A stretch of DNA of 63,737 nucleotides from Paraspadella gotoi (taxonomy: Eukaryota > Animalia > Chaetognatha): assembly GCA_051294375.1 (NCBI GenBank), contig CM119271.1:15258770-15322506 (forward strand). Reading direction: 5' to 3'. The notes beneath the pieces are model-generated. The model was not told where the DNA came from. It did not search any database and was given only the letters and a program-made list of their open reading frames with translations. The first letter of the stretch is position 1; each line of letters opens with the position of its first letter. Positions 24,953-43,798 of the stretch are shown here, one piece after another. The translations under genes and the position numbers were made by a program.

Positions 24953-26875
24953 TCAAGTCTCCGAGGCGGAGAAGGCCGTAAGATTTCCGTGCTGCGTGAG
25001 TCCGGCCTGAATGTGATTGATGTGGACTTCGACGGAATCTTCGAAGAGTTTCACGTTTGAGGGATCGAGCGTCTTCTTGACTTCGGCGAGGGCGTCGCCC
25101 AAGGATGCGAACTCGAACGAGTGGAGGTCGTTTTCCGCGAGCATCTTGACCTGCAAGAGGATTGCGGTGAGGCGAGACACGAGTTTGAGCGAGCGTTCCG
25201 AGGCCACTAATCCCTCGCGACCGTTGGCCCGGCTAAAAGCGACCCTTTGGTCCGATCCGCTCTTCTCCAGCAGCCGGCGGTTGGCGTCTCTGACCATCTC
25301 CTCCGCGTCCCGTTTGCATTTTCGCCAAATCTCAACGGGCTTGTTGAGCGGTTGGAGGCCCTCCTGCTCGGGAGCCAGCTCGCCGACCCAGTCGTGTATG
25401 CGGGTCAGGTCCGCGCGGAGTTCCCTATTGAGTCGATCAAGGTCGAGCACGATCCCGGCGTAGCGGCGTTGGAAATCGGCGGGAATCGGCGCGGATGCGG
25501 CGCGAAGCTTCTCCGCCTCGGCGTTCATGTCCCGCTGGGATTTGATCAGCTCCTTTTTTCGTTGGAGAACTTTAGTCAAGAGGACGAGCTGCTTGAGGAA
25601 CTTGACGGGGTATCCTCCGTAGAGATCAGAGTCCCAGATGGAATTGCGCTTCTTGGTTTCACCGGAGCCGAGGAAGGGATCGTTGTCGAGCCGCTGGACG
25701 ACGGATCGACGCTCCAGCTTCGGCGTGGAAGGAAAATGAATCGGCGGAAAGGCGGGCGGGAGTTTGGGCCTCGATCTGACGGCGAAGGCGGAAAGAGGCA
25801 TCGTCTCGATGGGTCCGTTGCTCAACACCTCATAGTCGACGACGGAGTGGGTGCCGAGTCCGCTCCGATCGAACGTTACTCGGTAAGTGCTGTCGATGGT
25901 GTTGACGGCGGCGACGACGCCCGTGAAGAGACCGTCCTGCGGCCGCCGCAATCGGGCCGTCACCTTCATGCCCAGGACCAACGGGAGCGGGATGCGTTCG
26001 GGCAAGTCCTTGAAGTTGGTCAGCTCGGCGACCTTGCGTTGCTGCAGCATGCGGATCTTAGCCCGCTTGGTCATGAGAGCCGCGCGTTCCTCGAGGAAAA
26101 ATGCTTCCGAGCAGCGACGCGGTTTTCCCATGAGGCGACGAACTTTGCACCATTCGACGCGAGTCATCGACGTCGTCTTCAATTGAGGAAAAGATTCTTT
26201 CAAGCAAAGGAGGAAGTCATTGTCGCCGTCGAAGAGAGGCTTGTCTATGTTCGAATAGAACCACTCGTAGCAGACCCATTTGTGTGCCTTGGGCAGCTTG
26301 AGCAGGTTGCGCAGTTTGATCCCAATCCGTTGAGCTATTTTTTTGTCGGGCTGAGCGGCGGCCAAGGCGGCGGCCGTCGGGTGATCCTCGGGAGGATTGG
26401 GATCGCAGTACGAGTGGAGAGGCGGCGCCTTGGAGATTAGTTCCGCTGGAGGCGGCGAAGGGGAGCGATGGACGAAGAGATTGACGGCGGAGGAGGAGAA
26501 CGACGGCGTCGAGATTTGAGACGCGGCGCCGCGCGAGACTTTGGAAACGCGCCGCTGGTGATGCCCGGCGGAGGCTTTGGTGGAGAGCGTTTCCGGGGTG
26601 GCTTCTTCTAGGTGAAGACTAGGTTCCGGTTGAACCGCTTCAGCCTCCGCCGCCGGAGTTTTGGAAGGCGTTCTCTTGCGACCGTAAGTTGCCGGCGGCG
26701 CCGACTTGCGCGGGCTATAGGAGAGTTTGGATCCGCCGCCGAGAGATGAAGGGTAGTAAGTCTCCGCGTCGTCGTTGAAGATGAAAGGGTTGCGTCGACG
26801 CTCGCGTTGAGATCGAGCGCGAAGGGGAGAAGAGAGGGGAGAAGCGAGAGAGGCGCTATCGTCGCTGTCCGTCAT
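24953..26875 (-). CDS. LIN9: LIN-9/Mip130 homologue (DREAM/MuvB complex subunit), 640 aa, single coding exon
   Basis: Uninterrupted ORF with LRNLLKLPKAHKWVCYEWFYSNIDKPLF, DIRP-domain TRVEWCKVRRLMGKPRRCSEAFFLEER, Tudor-like VTARLRRPQDGLFTG..YRVTFDRSGLGTHSV, and a C-terminal coiled coil (DFQRRYAGIVLDLDRLNRELR..FEDSVEVHINHIQ). Confidence 0.96.
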   Translation of the reverse strand: MTDSDDSASLASPLSSPLRARSQRERRRNPFIFNDDAETYYPSSLGGGSKLSYSPRKSAPPATYGRKRTPSKTPAAEAEAVQPEPSLHLEEATPETLSTKASAGHHQRRVSKVSRGAASQISTPSFSSSAVNLFVHRSPSPPPAELISKAPPLHSYCDPNPPEDHPTAAALAAAQPDKKIAQRIGIKLRNLLKLPKAHKWVCYEWFYSNIDKPLFDGDNDFLLCLKESFPQLKTTSMTRVEWCKVRRLMGKPRRCSEAFFLEERAALMTKRAKIRMLQQRKVAELTNFKDLPERIPLPLVLGMKVTARLRRPQDGLFTGVVAAVNTIDSTYRVTFDRSGLGTHSVVDYEVLSNGPIETMPLSAFAVRSRPKLPPAFPPIHFPSTPKLERRSVVQRLDNDPFLGSGETKKRNSIWDSDLYGGYPVKFLKQLVLLTKVLQRKKELIKSQRDMNAEAEKLRAASAPIPADFQRRYAGIVLDLDRLNRELRADLTRIHDWVGELAPEQEGLQPLNKPVEIWRKCKRDAEEMVRDANRRLLEKSGSDQRVAFSRANGREGLVASERSLKLVSRLTAILLQVKMLAENDLHSFEFASLGDALAEVKKTLDPSNVKLFEDSVEVHINHIQAGLTQHGNLTAFSASET

Positions 26876-27558
26876 GGCGGACGGTAAAGGGATCCCGGTT
26901 CAGGAGTTTTAAGTAATCTTATTTAATATTTAAGTAATCTTAGTTAATATTTATTGGTTCGATTACGATTGAATCACGCGACCATCCTACCCTAAAAGAT
27001 TCGGTAAAACAGTTTTGTTTTTATACGAAATAAATCGGGGGTTTATTTTTTCTATATTTCTTTTGATATATTTATAATTGAACGAAACGTGACGAAACTT
27101 GGTTACGGAGTTAAATTATCTTTTTCTTTTGATGCCAAATAATAATATAAAAAAATGTGAAGATGTTTTAAAGCTGCGCGTACGACAGAGAACGGGAAAG
27201 CGACGATACCGTAACAGCCAGCTGGGAGTACCGTCGATCCCGAGACTCAGTAATAGCGTCGCAGATGAATTAAGGGAAGCGTAAAGAACGACTATGTATT
27301 TGATTAATTCCCAATCTTGTGAAAAATTAATTAAAAGGTAAATCTCTCTACTATGGTTGCTAAATCTGTAATTGTTATTTTTCTTTATAAAGAGAAAAGT
27401 CGCAAGTGCGACTTGGTAATTCTTGGAAAAACCTACGGAGTGTAAAAAACCAAAAAAAAAAAAAAAATAATATCCACTCTCCCTCATAGGAGACTCGAAA
27501 CGAAAAAAAAAAACCAAAGGATTTGCTTAAGTATGTATACGTATACAATATACACAAA

Positions 27559-27630
<72 letters not shown>

Positions 27631-27770
27631 TAGAGAACGTGAGGAAGCTAAAAGTGCGTTAATTGTACTAAGAGCGAATTGGAGAAAAGAAAGGAGCCCA
27701 AAAAGAGTGGAATGACGATTTGAAAAGAGAGATAAGAGAAGAGAGATAGAGAGAGAGAGAGAGGGTGAGG

Positions 27771-28794
<1,024 letters not shown>

Positions 28795-28998
28795 TTAAAT
28801 ATTTTTTTTCGTTTAGGCGATTTTCTTTGGCTTTTTGTCGTTTAGCGTTGAAATTATGATTTAAACATGGATCTGAAAAAAAAAAACAACAACAACAAAA
28901 TTGTAAAGACAAAAAACGAAAAGTAAAATCTTAGATCAACTTCAATCCAATGAAGGTCTCCTAGCAACGGCGCATTTTTTTTATAATTCCACATCCAG

Positions 28999-31534
28999 TC
29001 ATTGTCTGACAACAACACCTTCCCTCCTCTCATCGTCTCTCTCAACGTTTCTTTCCCGTAAACCAACGTTCAAATTCTCCTTCACAGATTCTGTCTCTTC
29101 CTCTCCCCCACAGTGATTCGTCCTCCTCCTCGCTCCCACAGCGAATCGCGACTTGAGCAGCGCCCGGTTGTTCTCGAAGAACTTTTCCTTGTAATCGGCG
29201 TCGAGGTCGCGCGACGCCGGCGCCGACGCCTCCAGCTCCTCGCGCCACTTCAAAATTCGTTTCCGACCTTTTAAGGGAAAACATTAGGGTACTTTTCGTC
29301 AAGTTTAATTAATATTTTAATACTTAATTGTTTAAATATGTAAATATCCGACCGGAAATGAAGTTCCTGAAGGCGTAGAACCAATTGCCGTTGGTGTCCC
29401 TCGCGTCGAGGACGCAGGCGAAGACGTCGCTGTAGGCCATGTAGGGAGGCTTCTGTCGCGTCAGTTCCAAATAGGAATCGAGATCGAGTCTCAAGAGAAA
29501 TTAAGTATATAATTAGGTATTTAATTAAGAATATCATTTTTTAAGTTTGCTTTAGAAATGTTTTTAAATCCAATCGTTTTAAGGGAAACATTATGTAAAA
29601 CATCTTCTGACAGTCTGAAGGATAATTGCGAGTGTAAAAAGAAGAGACCGAAATGATTAGAGGTTTTATGTAGAATTTATGAACGAGAAATCATTTTAAT
29701 GCTTCTTCACCTTTGAGTTCCATATAGTAATAAACCCCGTCATTTATAACAAATTAAATTCCATATATTTTTTAAAATTTTTTACTATATTAGAGATTAT
29801 AAGAGGTTTGCAAAAAAAAAAAACCTAAACGAAGCCTTTTAAGCCACTCTTCAACTTTGATAACATCCACTACCTGGCCGCCCTCACGCCGAGACTCTTC
29901 GCTCTTTCGAGCGTATAGCGCCCAGGCCTCCGCAGGTCCACGAGGGCGCCGAGAACGAAGACGTCGTCGTGTCGATATCCGGTGAGGACGTCGGGCGCGT
30001 CGGGACTCAAGTAGACGAGACGCTCGCGGGGAAAGGTCGCGGTGAAGCAGGACTCGTTTACATCCAAGAGAAAGGTCGAGCAACTGGGTTTGGGGGAAAG
30101 GATTGGTTAAGTTAAGGGAACTTTTAACTCGTAACTGACCTCATTAAACTACGAGCCAAGCCCCCCCCCTGTCCTTACCTAACCTTTCGACGAGTGACTT
30201 CATGACCGAGTTGTTCGGATCGTAGTTGGAGAGGACGAGTTTAAAAGGATCCCAGAGAGAGCGATTCAACGCGTAGATTTCCTGCATTTGCGAGATGACG
30301 GACGTCGCCTCTCGTCCTTCCAACGAGTAGGGAAGACCCAGATCTGAACGAGTTAATCGACGATAGTTGTACAATATTTTATTAATAACTAACAAGATAA
30401 ATGGATAACATGAAGCAAAGTCCTCGACTTAATGGGTTTTAATTTCAGCCACCGATATCTTTAAACAGAAAACATGTTCAAAATTCTTCCACAAACAATT
30501 CGAGTTTTCAATCTGCCCCAAAATCGCTCACCGATAACGAACGGTTGACCGAAACTCCAGCCGTGCAGCGCGTTGGCGTTGTGCAGTAGCGCCTCTTGCG
30601 GCGGAACGAATCGGCGACGGATGGAGGGAAAGGGACCGAGAAGGAAGTAACCCTTTTCGTCGTAGAATCCGCGGGTGACGTCTGACGACGGAGATTCGTC
30701 GCGCATTCGTCGGATGACATTTTGAGCCTTTGTAAAGTATTGAAGATTGATATAAGTAAAACATGTAAATTGTAACCTCAATACCAAGCAGATAAGGCCG
30801 TTTCGTCAATCAGTGCCGTAATTGCTCATTGAGCTAACTGATTGGGCTAAATAATTGGGCTAATTCATTGGGCTAATTTATTGGGCTAATCATTGGGCTA
30901 ATTCATTGGGCTAAGTCATTATCTCTGAACCCAATGATGGTTTTGGTCTAAACGGTTCATGCAAAAGAGTGACAGGCCGGATTAATTTCCTATACTTTTT
31001 GTGTTTGACCATTTAAAATGCTATAATAGAAACTTAAAGGGATAGTCGCTTATTAATCAAGATAGATACTTCCTCGCCACACTCAACATGCTCGTCCCGC
31101 CTCACCCGATTCGTCCAAACGATCAACTTCTTCTCCACCTTCTCCTCCATCTCCACCTCGCGTCGACGAAAGAGTTGGAGCATGTTCTTCCTCGCCGCCT
31201 GCGTCTTCTCAGGACAGACGGCGAGTCCCCGGATCATCTTCTCGCTCACGTGCGTCGGCACCGGAAATCCGGCGCGTCGGAGAGCGGCCACTTCGACGGC
31301 GACGGCGAAGCGGCGCCGCTCGTCCGGCGACATCACCGGTTGAGGTTCATTGAGGAGTTGGACCGATCGGCGGAGGAGGAGACGGTCGAGGGTATCGACG
31401 AGCTGTTGGGCTTCTTCGCTGGGAGTGGGGATCGTGGCGAGGGCGCAGCAGTATTGGGTCTTAAGTATTTTTAGTCTTTTGTTCAAAAAGTGAGGACGAA
31501 GGCGAAGACAACGCGTCGCGTCTATAGCGATCAT
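28999..31534 (-). CDS. TRMT10C: Mitochondrial tRNA m1R9 methyltransferase TRMT10C/MRPP1-like (SPOUT Trm10 family), ~478 aa, 6 exons (31534-31070, 30727-30532, 30343-30184, 30083-29874, 29489-29353, 29267-28999)
   Basis: Spliced product reads FGQPFVI|DLG..LNRSLWDPFKL..FPRERLVYLSPDAPDVLTGYRHDDVFVLGALVD..AKSLGVRAAR|LDLDSYL..NGNWFYAFRNFISGRKR, matching Trm10 motifs. The Arg/Leu-rich N-terminus resembles a mitochondrial presequence. The exon 3 donor and exon 5 acceptor (GAG) are less certain. Confidence 0.85.
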
Positions 31535-32228
31535 CGTCGTCAGTTAATAATTAATTTTAATTTTCTTTAATGTTTTCTCGGTCATTTCTTAAAAAATAGC
31601 AAAACAATTTTTGAGATAGAGGCTTGTATTTTGCTACTATTTAAGTGTTGCAACTTAAAATAGTTGAGTAAAATTTTGAAACAAGAGTTCAACAACCTGT
31701 TCCATCAAACGGGACGACATCAGTATCTAACACGTCATCCTAAGCGATTACATCTGCTGATGCGATTTCGCCTTAAATATCGCATCGCAGTTCATCGACG
31801 GACGTTAAACAACGAATTGATTAAAGCGGAGTTGGCCACAGAACGTAATGAAGAACGGGGACGGATCGATACGTCATCGTATGGCGCAACCCGCTCGGCC
31901 ATTTATACCTTCAATACGATAAAACTGGGAGCGAAAAAGAGGAGAGAAATGATAAAGAAATAAGTGGAGCCTTTGACGCGTGACGGTTTTGACGACAACG
32001 TCAAGTTACGTGGGATGACGGCGACGACCCATCTGACCGCCAGACCGCCATACCGCCAGACCGCTCGGGCTCCAAGTCCGCCTTTGAATTCCTTTGCTCC
32101 TTTGTTTCTTTTCTTTCGGTTGAGAAGAAAAAGAAAAAGAAGAGAAAGAGAAGAACATCGACGATAGGGGAGATAGTAGCGCTGTTAGATTGTGAACTCT
32201 TGAGAACGAACAAAAGATTTGAAAGCGA

Positions 32229-32350
32229 TACTATCTTGCCCCTGACTTTTGAAAGGCTATGGAGGTTTACGGCCTAGATAACTATTACAACGTAATAACT
32301 TAGCAGGTCCTTGACAGGTTTCAATCAAGACTCTCAAGCAGCCTTGTTTA
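32229..32350 (-). repeat. Interspersed repeat family B copy
   Basis: CTATCTTGCCCCTGACTTT ... TTTCAATCAAGACTCTCAAGCAGCCTTGTTTA is the reverse complement of blocks in 1135-1255. Confidence 0.7.
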
Positions 32351-33170
32351 ATAATTATATTTAATTATATATATATATAATATTTATAATAAATTTGTTA
32401 GTAGGTGTGGGGCTTTATCCTCCTTTCAAGATAATTACAAAGACTTAATTTTGACTTAATTGTTTTTTAAAAATTTTTTATTAATACCAAAAACTAAACT
32501 ATTAAAATTCAATAAAAACAAAAGACACTAACATTTAAAATCGAACCATTAATAAAACGTAAAATATAACGTTTAAGAACGTTCAAGGATCAGATGCCAA
32601 AATCATAGCTTTTGATAAGCTCTAAATTTTTATTTTAATTTCATTGGTCTTCACATAGAAGACGTAGAATATCTTCATTAAATCAAGCAGGCTAGGTGAC
32701 AGTGAAAATGAATTTATGTTGAAAAATAGTTTTTAAATAATCCGCAGTCCAGATTTCTTGTTGGCGTGAAACCCGGGACAGGATTCTAGAGGAAGTAAAA
32801 AACGGGTTTTCACTCATATTTGGCTAATTATAAAAAAAAAACTTATATCCGAGGTAACTATCCCCAATTTATTTCACTACGACGATATGCAAATGTGATT
32901 AAACTATCGATCGGAATTGTACGGTAATTCTCGTCTCGAGTTCGATTCTCATTTTCTCTTTATTTTCTGTTTCGAAGAATCGATTAGTGTTTATTTGATC
33001 AAAGATTAAGTGGAAATTCGAATGACAATAGAGAGACATTACTATGCGAAGAGACGGATAGTCCCTTTGTAAATAAAGGGAGGCCGAGGTCTCCGCGAAC
33101 GTGAGACGTCGACGGCGCCGAGGAATGTCGGGGCCCGGGGACCGAATCCAAACATTTTCTTGTTTTGGGT

Positions 33171-33212
<42 letters not shown>

Positions 33213-34010
33213 TTATATATATCTCTCTCTCTCTCTGTCTCTCTCTCTGACTCTCTCTCTCTCTCAGGTTTCGTTATTTCTTTCTACTTTTACTTTTACT
33301 TCTACTTTTAGCTTTTATTTTCTTTCTTTCTCCCTGCTACAAGTTTTGTGAGCAAAATATTTAAGTATTTTTTTTTCATTTGTTTATTTTGAAACAAATA
33401 ATAAACGAAGTCAAAATAAAAAATTCGGAATGAAGTTGTTTAGAATAAAAATAAGATGAAAAAAAAAATTCTCATTTCTAGAAAATTTGATTGACGTAAA
33501 ACAGTGAGTATGAATTTCACTCTGAAAGAAAACATAATTCAGAAACGGTCATTCCAGTCAAAAATTCGTGGATCTGATTGTTTAAGAAAGTTGGTTGAAC
33601 TAATTTCCCTGCGCTCTGCTTAAAAATTGTTTCGTTCTGTTTCTGTTTGGGTCTTTTTTGTTTAGCAAACATATATTTTCATTTACGAAACAATCTTCAG
33701 CGAGAGCTTATCCAAATTCGTTTTTACAAATAAACCAAACCCAGTTTCTAAAAATAAGAAAAAAAATGTAATTTTTCAATTTTTTAAAACCACGAGACAC
33801 GTCGGAAAGCTTGACCCCCTACTCGTACAAGTAATAAGTGTAATAAGCCCCTAATGTAATAATAATAATTATAATAATAATCGATGAACATTAAAGGGTG
33901 AAACACGGACAAAGATAAACATCGGATAAATGGATAAAAAAAAAGAATTCGTTATTTATATACAGCGATGATGGCAAAGAATAATAATATTTTTTTTGGC
34001 CAGAAGAGGA

Positions 34011-34120
<110 letters not shown>

Positions 34121-34417
34121 AGAGAAAATCCGTTTTATTCCAGCAAATTTGCCGGTTGTCAAATGTAGAGGGACTAATAGTAAATCATTACGCAAAAATA
34201 AAACAAAAGGTACGCGAGTATCGAGTGTCACAATTTCAATGAACCTCCGTTTTAATCTTAAGAAAAAAAACCCATTAAAATTAAAAAAAGTGGGGAAGGA
34301 ATTTATTTGGTTTATTTGGTAAATTAATATTTTTTTTTTGGTAAAGGGGTGATGATTTAAAAAAAAATAAGAAGAAAAAATCTCTGTGATCGTGACATTT
34401 TGGCCGAGTTCTTAAAT

Positions 34418-34525
<108 letters not shown>

Positions 34526-34955
34526 GGGGGGACCAAAGCGCGAGAATTTCGAAGAAGAAATAAAATGAGGATTTTTATTTTATTGCACAATTTTTTAAAA
34601 AAAAATCGGGAACCACTTAATTTTAATAAGAAAAAAAAAAACCCAACGACGATGACGATGAATGTTTATTGCGGGGACGTCGTCGTCGTCGTCGTCGTCG
34701 TCGTTGTTGTTGTTGCAGCCAAAAGGCGAGGTAAAAAGAGTAGTTGGGGTTGGATTTAATAGAGAGAGAGAAAGAGAGAGAGCGAGAGAGAGCGAGAGAG
34801 GAATATCAGGGAAATATCTGAAAAGGCGGGAACACAGTGGAGACAAGAGTTAACTTCGAGCGGTGACCAAACCGCAGGACCAAAAAAGGGATCGTCACAG
34901 TGGACAATCGTGGTTGCCCAAAGTGAACTTCGTGTACAGTTGCCCACATTGCGTC

Positions 34956-40179
<5,224 letters not shown>

Positions 40180-40433
40180 TTTTTTATTTAATTTCGTCGA
40201 ATTTTAGTTTAATTATATTGATTTTAAAAAAAAATGTTCCGCAATTAATTTGATGCTCTTTGTCTTTGTCTTTGTCGTCGTCTACTTTCACCGAAAACAA
40301 AGAAACAGAAAAAAAAAAACATGGAAAGAAAACAAAGAAATGAAAATCCCCGTTGGAACCGAGTAGTCTCGCGTCGCGAAGTCAACGACATCGAAATCAG
40401 AAAAGAGTCAACGCCCCTTAATTAACGCTTTCC

Positions 40434-40532
<99 letters not shown>

Positions 40533-40844
40533 GATCTCGTCTCTGTCTCCATCTCTATCTTTTCTCTACGATCGCTAATTAGTTTGCCGATCCGATGTTA
40601 ACCAATTAACAAATTAACCCATTAACCAAATTAATCATTAACCGATCTTGCTGTTCAATCAAGCACCACAACAGTTGCTGTCAAAGGGAATAAAATTCCT
40701 CATTGCGAGAGGCGATCCGTTTGTGAATCAACAGTTGCTTCATTCTGGACAATCTCATCGACGCAACTGGTCGCTGATTTGAAATCATCGAACTTCGATC
40801 GCGCGTGACTGATCACGTGACCTGATATCACAATTCGGACGCGT

Positions 40845-40980
<136 letters not shown>

Positions 40981-42134
40981 TGTATTTTTTCGCCAGACAG
41001 AAAGAAGGATAGACAGTCACGCGACAGACAATGACATTTCCGTCTGACCCGAACTGTTTTTTGTCTCCCATTGTGATTCTTTTTTTAAATTTCCTCCCCT
41101 TCCCACTGAGCGCGTCAGACCATATTTTTCGTCTGTCTAGTCTACCCAACCGTCTGTCTATGTCTGTCCGTCTCTACGTCATCCGGTCTCGACGCGAGAC
41201 GCTGACACGTGGACACTGGACAGACATTGGGACTTAATCGTGAGAGAAATAAGTTATTTAAATTATATATATTGGGCCTTAATTTCTCAAAGCGCCCGAT
41301 TTCATCATAAATTTTGAAGCTTTTAGGTGTAAAGATTATGTTTGAGGTTAGGGAAAAGAATTAAATTAGTGGTTAGGATAAGAATTAGGATAAGGATTAG
41401 GATAAAGATTAGGGTTATGGATTAGGTTTGTGATTAGAGTTTTGAAACAGATTAGGGTAAAATATGAAGGTTAAAATTGAGTTCGGGGATTAGGGAACAG
41501 AAATTGGGCCTTTTTGGAAAAGAGAGCGGGTTATTATGAAATATTTTAAAAATGGATTCAAAATATTTAATTTGCACGGTGACGGGATAAAAGGCGAGTT
41601 AATAAGGCGAGGCAAAAGTGACGAGTCAATGACCACGCGACTGGACGTCCCGATCTCAGCCCGACATTGTAATCCAACGCCCGTTCTCGTTTCCCGTGGT
41701 CGCCCTTTCGTCTTTCGCCCGCTTTTTACTCTTTTCATTTTTCTCTCCTCTTTTGTCTTTTGTTTTTCTTTGGATTCGATTCGACGTCGCGCGGCGGCGC
41801 CACGGGCGATCGTCTAGTCGCGGATGAGATCAAATGGAAGAGGAGAGGGGAAAATACAAAAGATACTATCGAGTTGAGGCCAAGGGGCGATGGGAGGAGC
41901 GGAAAGGGAGAATAACGAAAACAAAAGACATCGTCTGTCGACAATTTCTAAAAAATGGTTAAAATAGAAGAGAAATAAGAATAAGTTGGTTAAAACTGTG
42001 ACACCCCTAAGACCACGAGCCCAAGACCCCAAACATCCCAAAGACCGCAAGCCCAAGACCCCAAACGAAAGATCAACGGAGTAAGTTTACTCTTCCGGCG
42101 AACTTCTGCTCATCATTCGCGGCATTTACGGTAT

Positions 42135-42199
<65 letters not shown>

Positions 42200-42276
42200 C
42201 GGTTTTTTCACGGCATCCTCGGCATTTCTCGCGCGAGGAATCTTCTTCTCTCTCCAATTTCAAACTGACGTCACGA

Positions 42277-42308
<32 letters not shown>

Positions 42309-42326
42309 TTTAACCATCAATCGAAC

Positions 42327-42682
42327 CTGCTGGTGCTGCGGTTGTACTTGTCGTTGTTGTTGGTTCCGGTGGAGGCGCCGTTCATCGTCGTCGTTCGACT
42401 CGCGTCCACCTGGCGGGAGAAAAAAAACAACGAAAACCAAAGATGCGTTAAAAACTTGAAACCAAAATTTGTATCAATTAATTAATTTAAGAATTAAATT
42501 TTTTGTCGCAAATTAAATTACCCTTTAAATCACTAATCGATATTCCTTTTTGTAATAGTTAATATATTTATTAATTTAATATATTTAATAATTTAACTAA
42601 TTTTATAATTAATTCTCACCTTCATCTCTACGTCAAGGGAGGAGGCTGTTCGACTTCCGTCCATGTCGTACCGTTCATCGAG
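42327..42682 (-). CDS. Putative upstream alternative Pitx exons (42682-42620 and 42409-42327)
   Basis: GC-rich islands bounded by gacag|..AAG|GTGAG and tcccgccag|..AG|GTTCG. They read MDGSRTASSLDVEMK|VDASRTTTMNGASTGTNNNDKYNRSTS and end in phase 2, matching a pyrimidine-preceded acceptor at 40093 inside the Pitx 5' exon. No homology support. Confidence 0.45.
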
Positions 42683-42867
42683 CTGTCAATCAATTAAATA
42701 TTAAAATTAATAATTAGGTTATTAAAGAAGTTAATATTAAATGAATAAATTGCATTCAAAACAAAAACGTTAGCAACCGGGTATTTTAAATTAACAACAT
42801 CATCACCAGGATCATTATCATAGTCATAGTCACCATTTATCATGGGCATCATCCCCATTTCAAAATA

Positions 42868-42941
<74 letters not shown>

Positions 42942-43759
42942 GACACCCTCAGCGTGAACGACGAAGTATTTCGAAAAAAAGNNNNNNNNNNTCTCAGCGA
43001 TGGCAAAGATTCGTTCCTCCCTCCAAAAATAGGAATTTGTTCATCGTAGAATTGAATTTCGTTTATGATTGGTTTTTTATCTCGAGAACTCGGGGCGAAG
43101 GGAGAAGGGAGAAGGGAGAAGAGGGAGCTTGCTTCCTGCTAGGGACCTCCGCTGAGGAGCTCTTTGTAGGAGCGGTGTGCCTCGCTGGAGTTCTTTAAGA
43201 TGGCCGACGGGTTGGTGGTTTAATGGTTTAGGAGGGAGTAGTTATTTCTTTGTTGGTACTCATCTTTAATCTACTTTAAGAATGTATTTATAAAAATATG
43301 TAGGGTTATCATGAGAAATAATGGTAATTATATAAAAAGTAACTGAAATTTCAATAAATACGTAAATGGGTAAACAACAACGAAAAAACAATTAGTTGAA
43401 GATAAAAGGATCGGAAATATATACAAGGAATGAATTAATGAATTAGATAATGAATAAAGGAATAAACTAAGACACAAAAGAACGATTTGGCGAACGAACA
43501 AAGGAACAAAGAGATTTGAAACGAACAAAGCAGACGATTAATCGCGTGAAATGAAATTGGAATTTTAGTGAGATAAAACGAATCTCCGCTCACGAGATAA
43601 AATGATATAAAAGTGGGGATAAAACGAGATAATAATGGTGATAAAATGAAGTAAATCATTAGTTATATAAAAGTAATGGAAATTGAATAATTTTTTTTAC
43701 TGAGCAAGGGAAAAAAAATTATGCTCGTGGCTCTTTAACGCTGATTAAATCCATTAAGG

Positions 43760-43798
<39 letters not shown>

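Noticed and set aside
25247-26440. 397 aa plus-strand ORF
   Set aside because: Antisense shadow of the GC-rich LIN9 CDS; no recognisable motifs.
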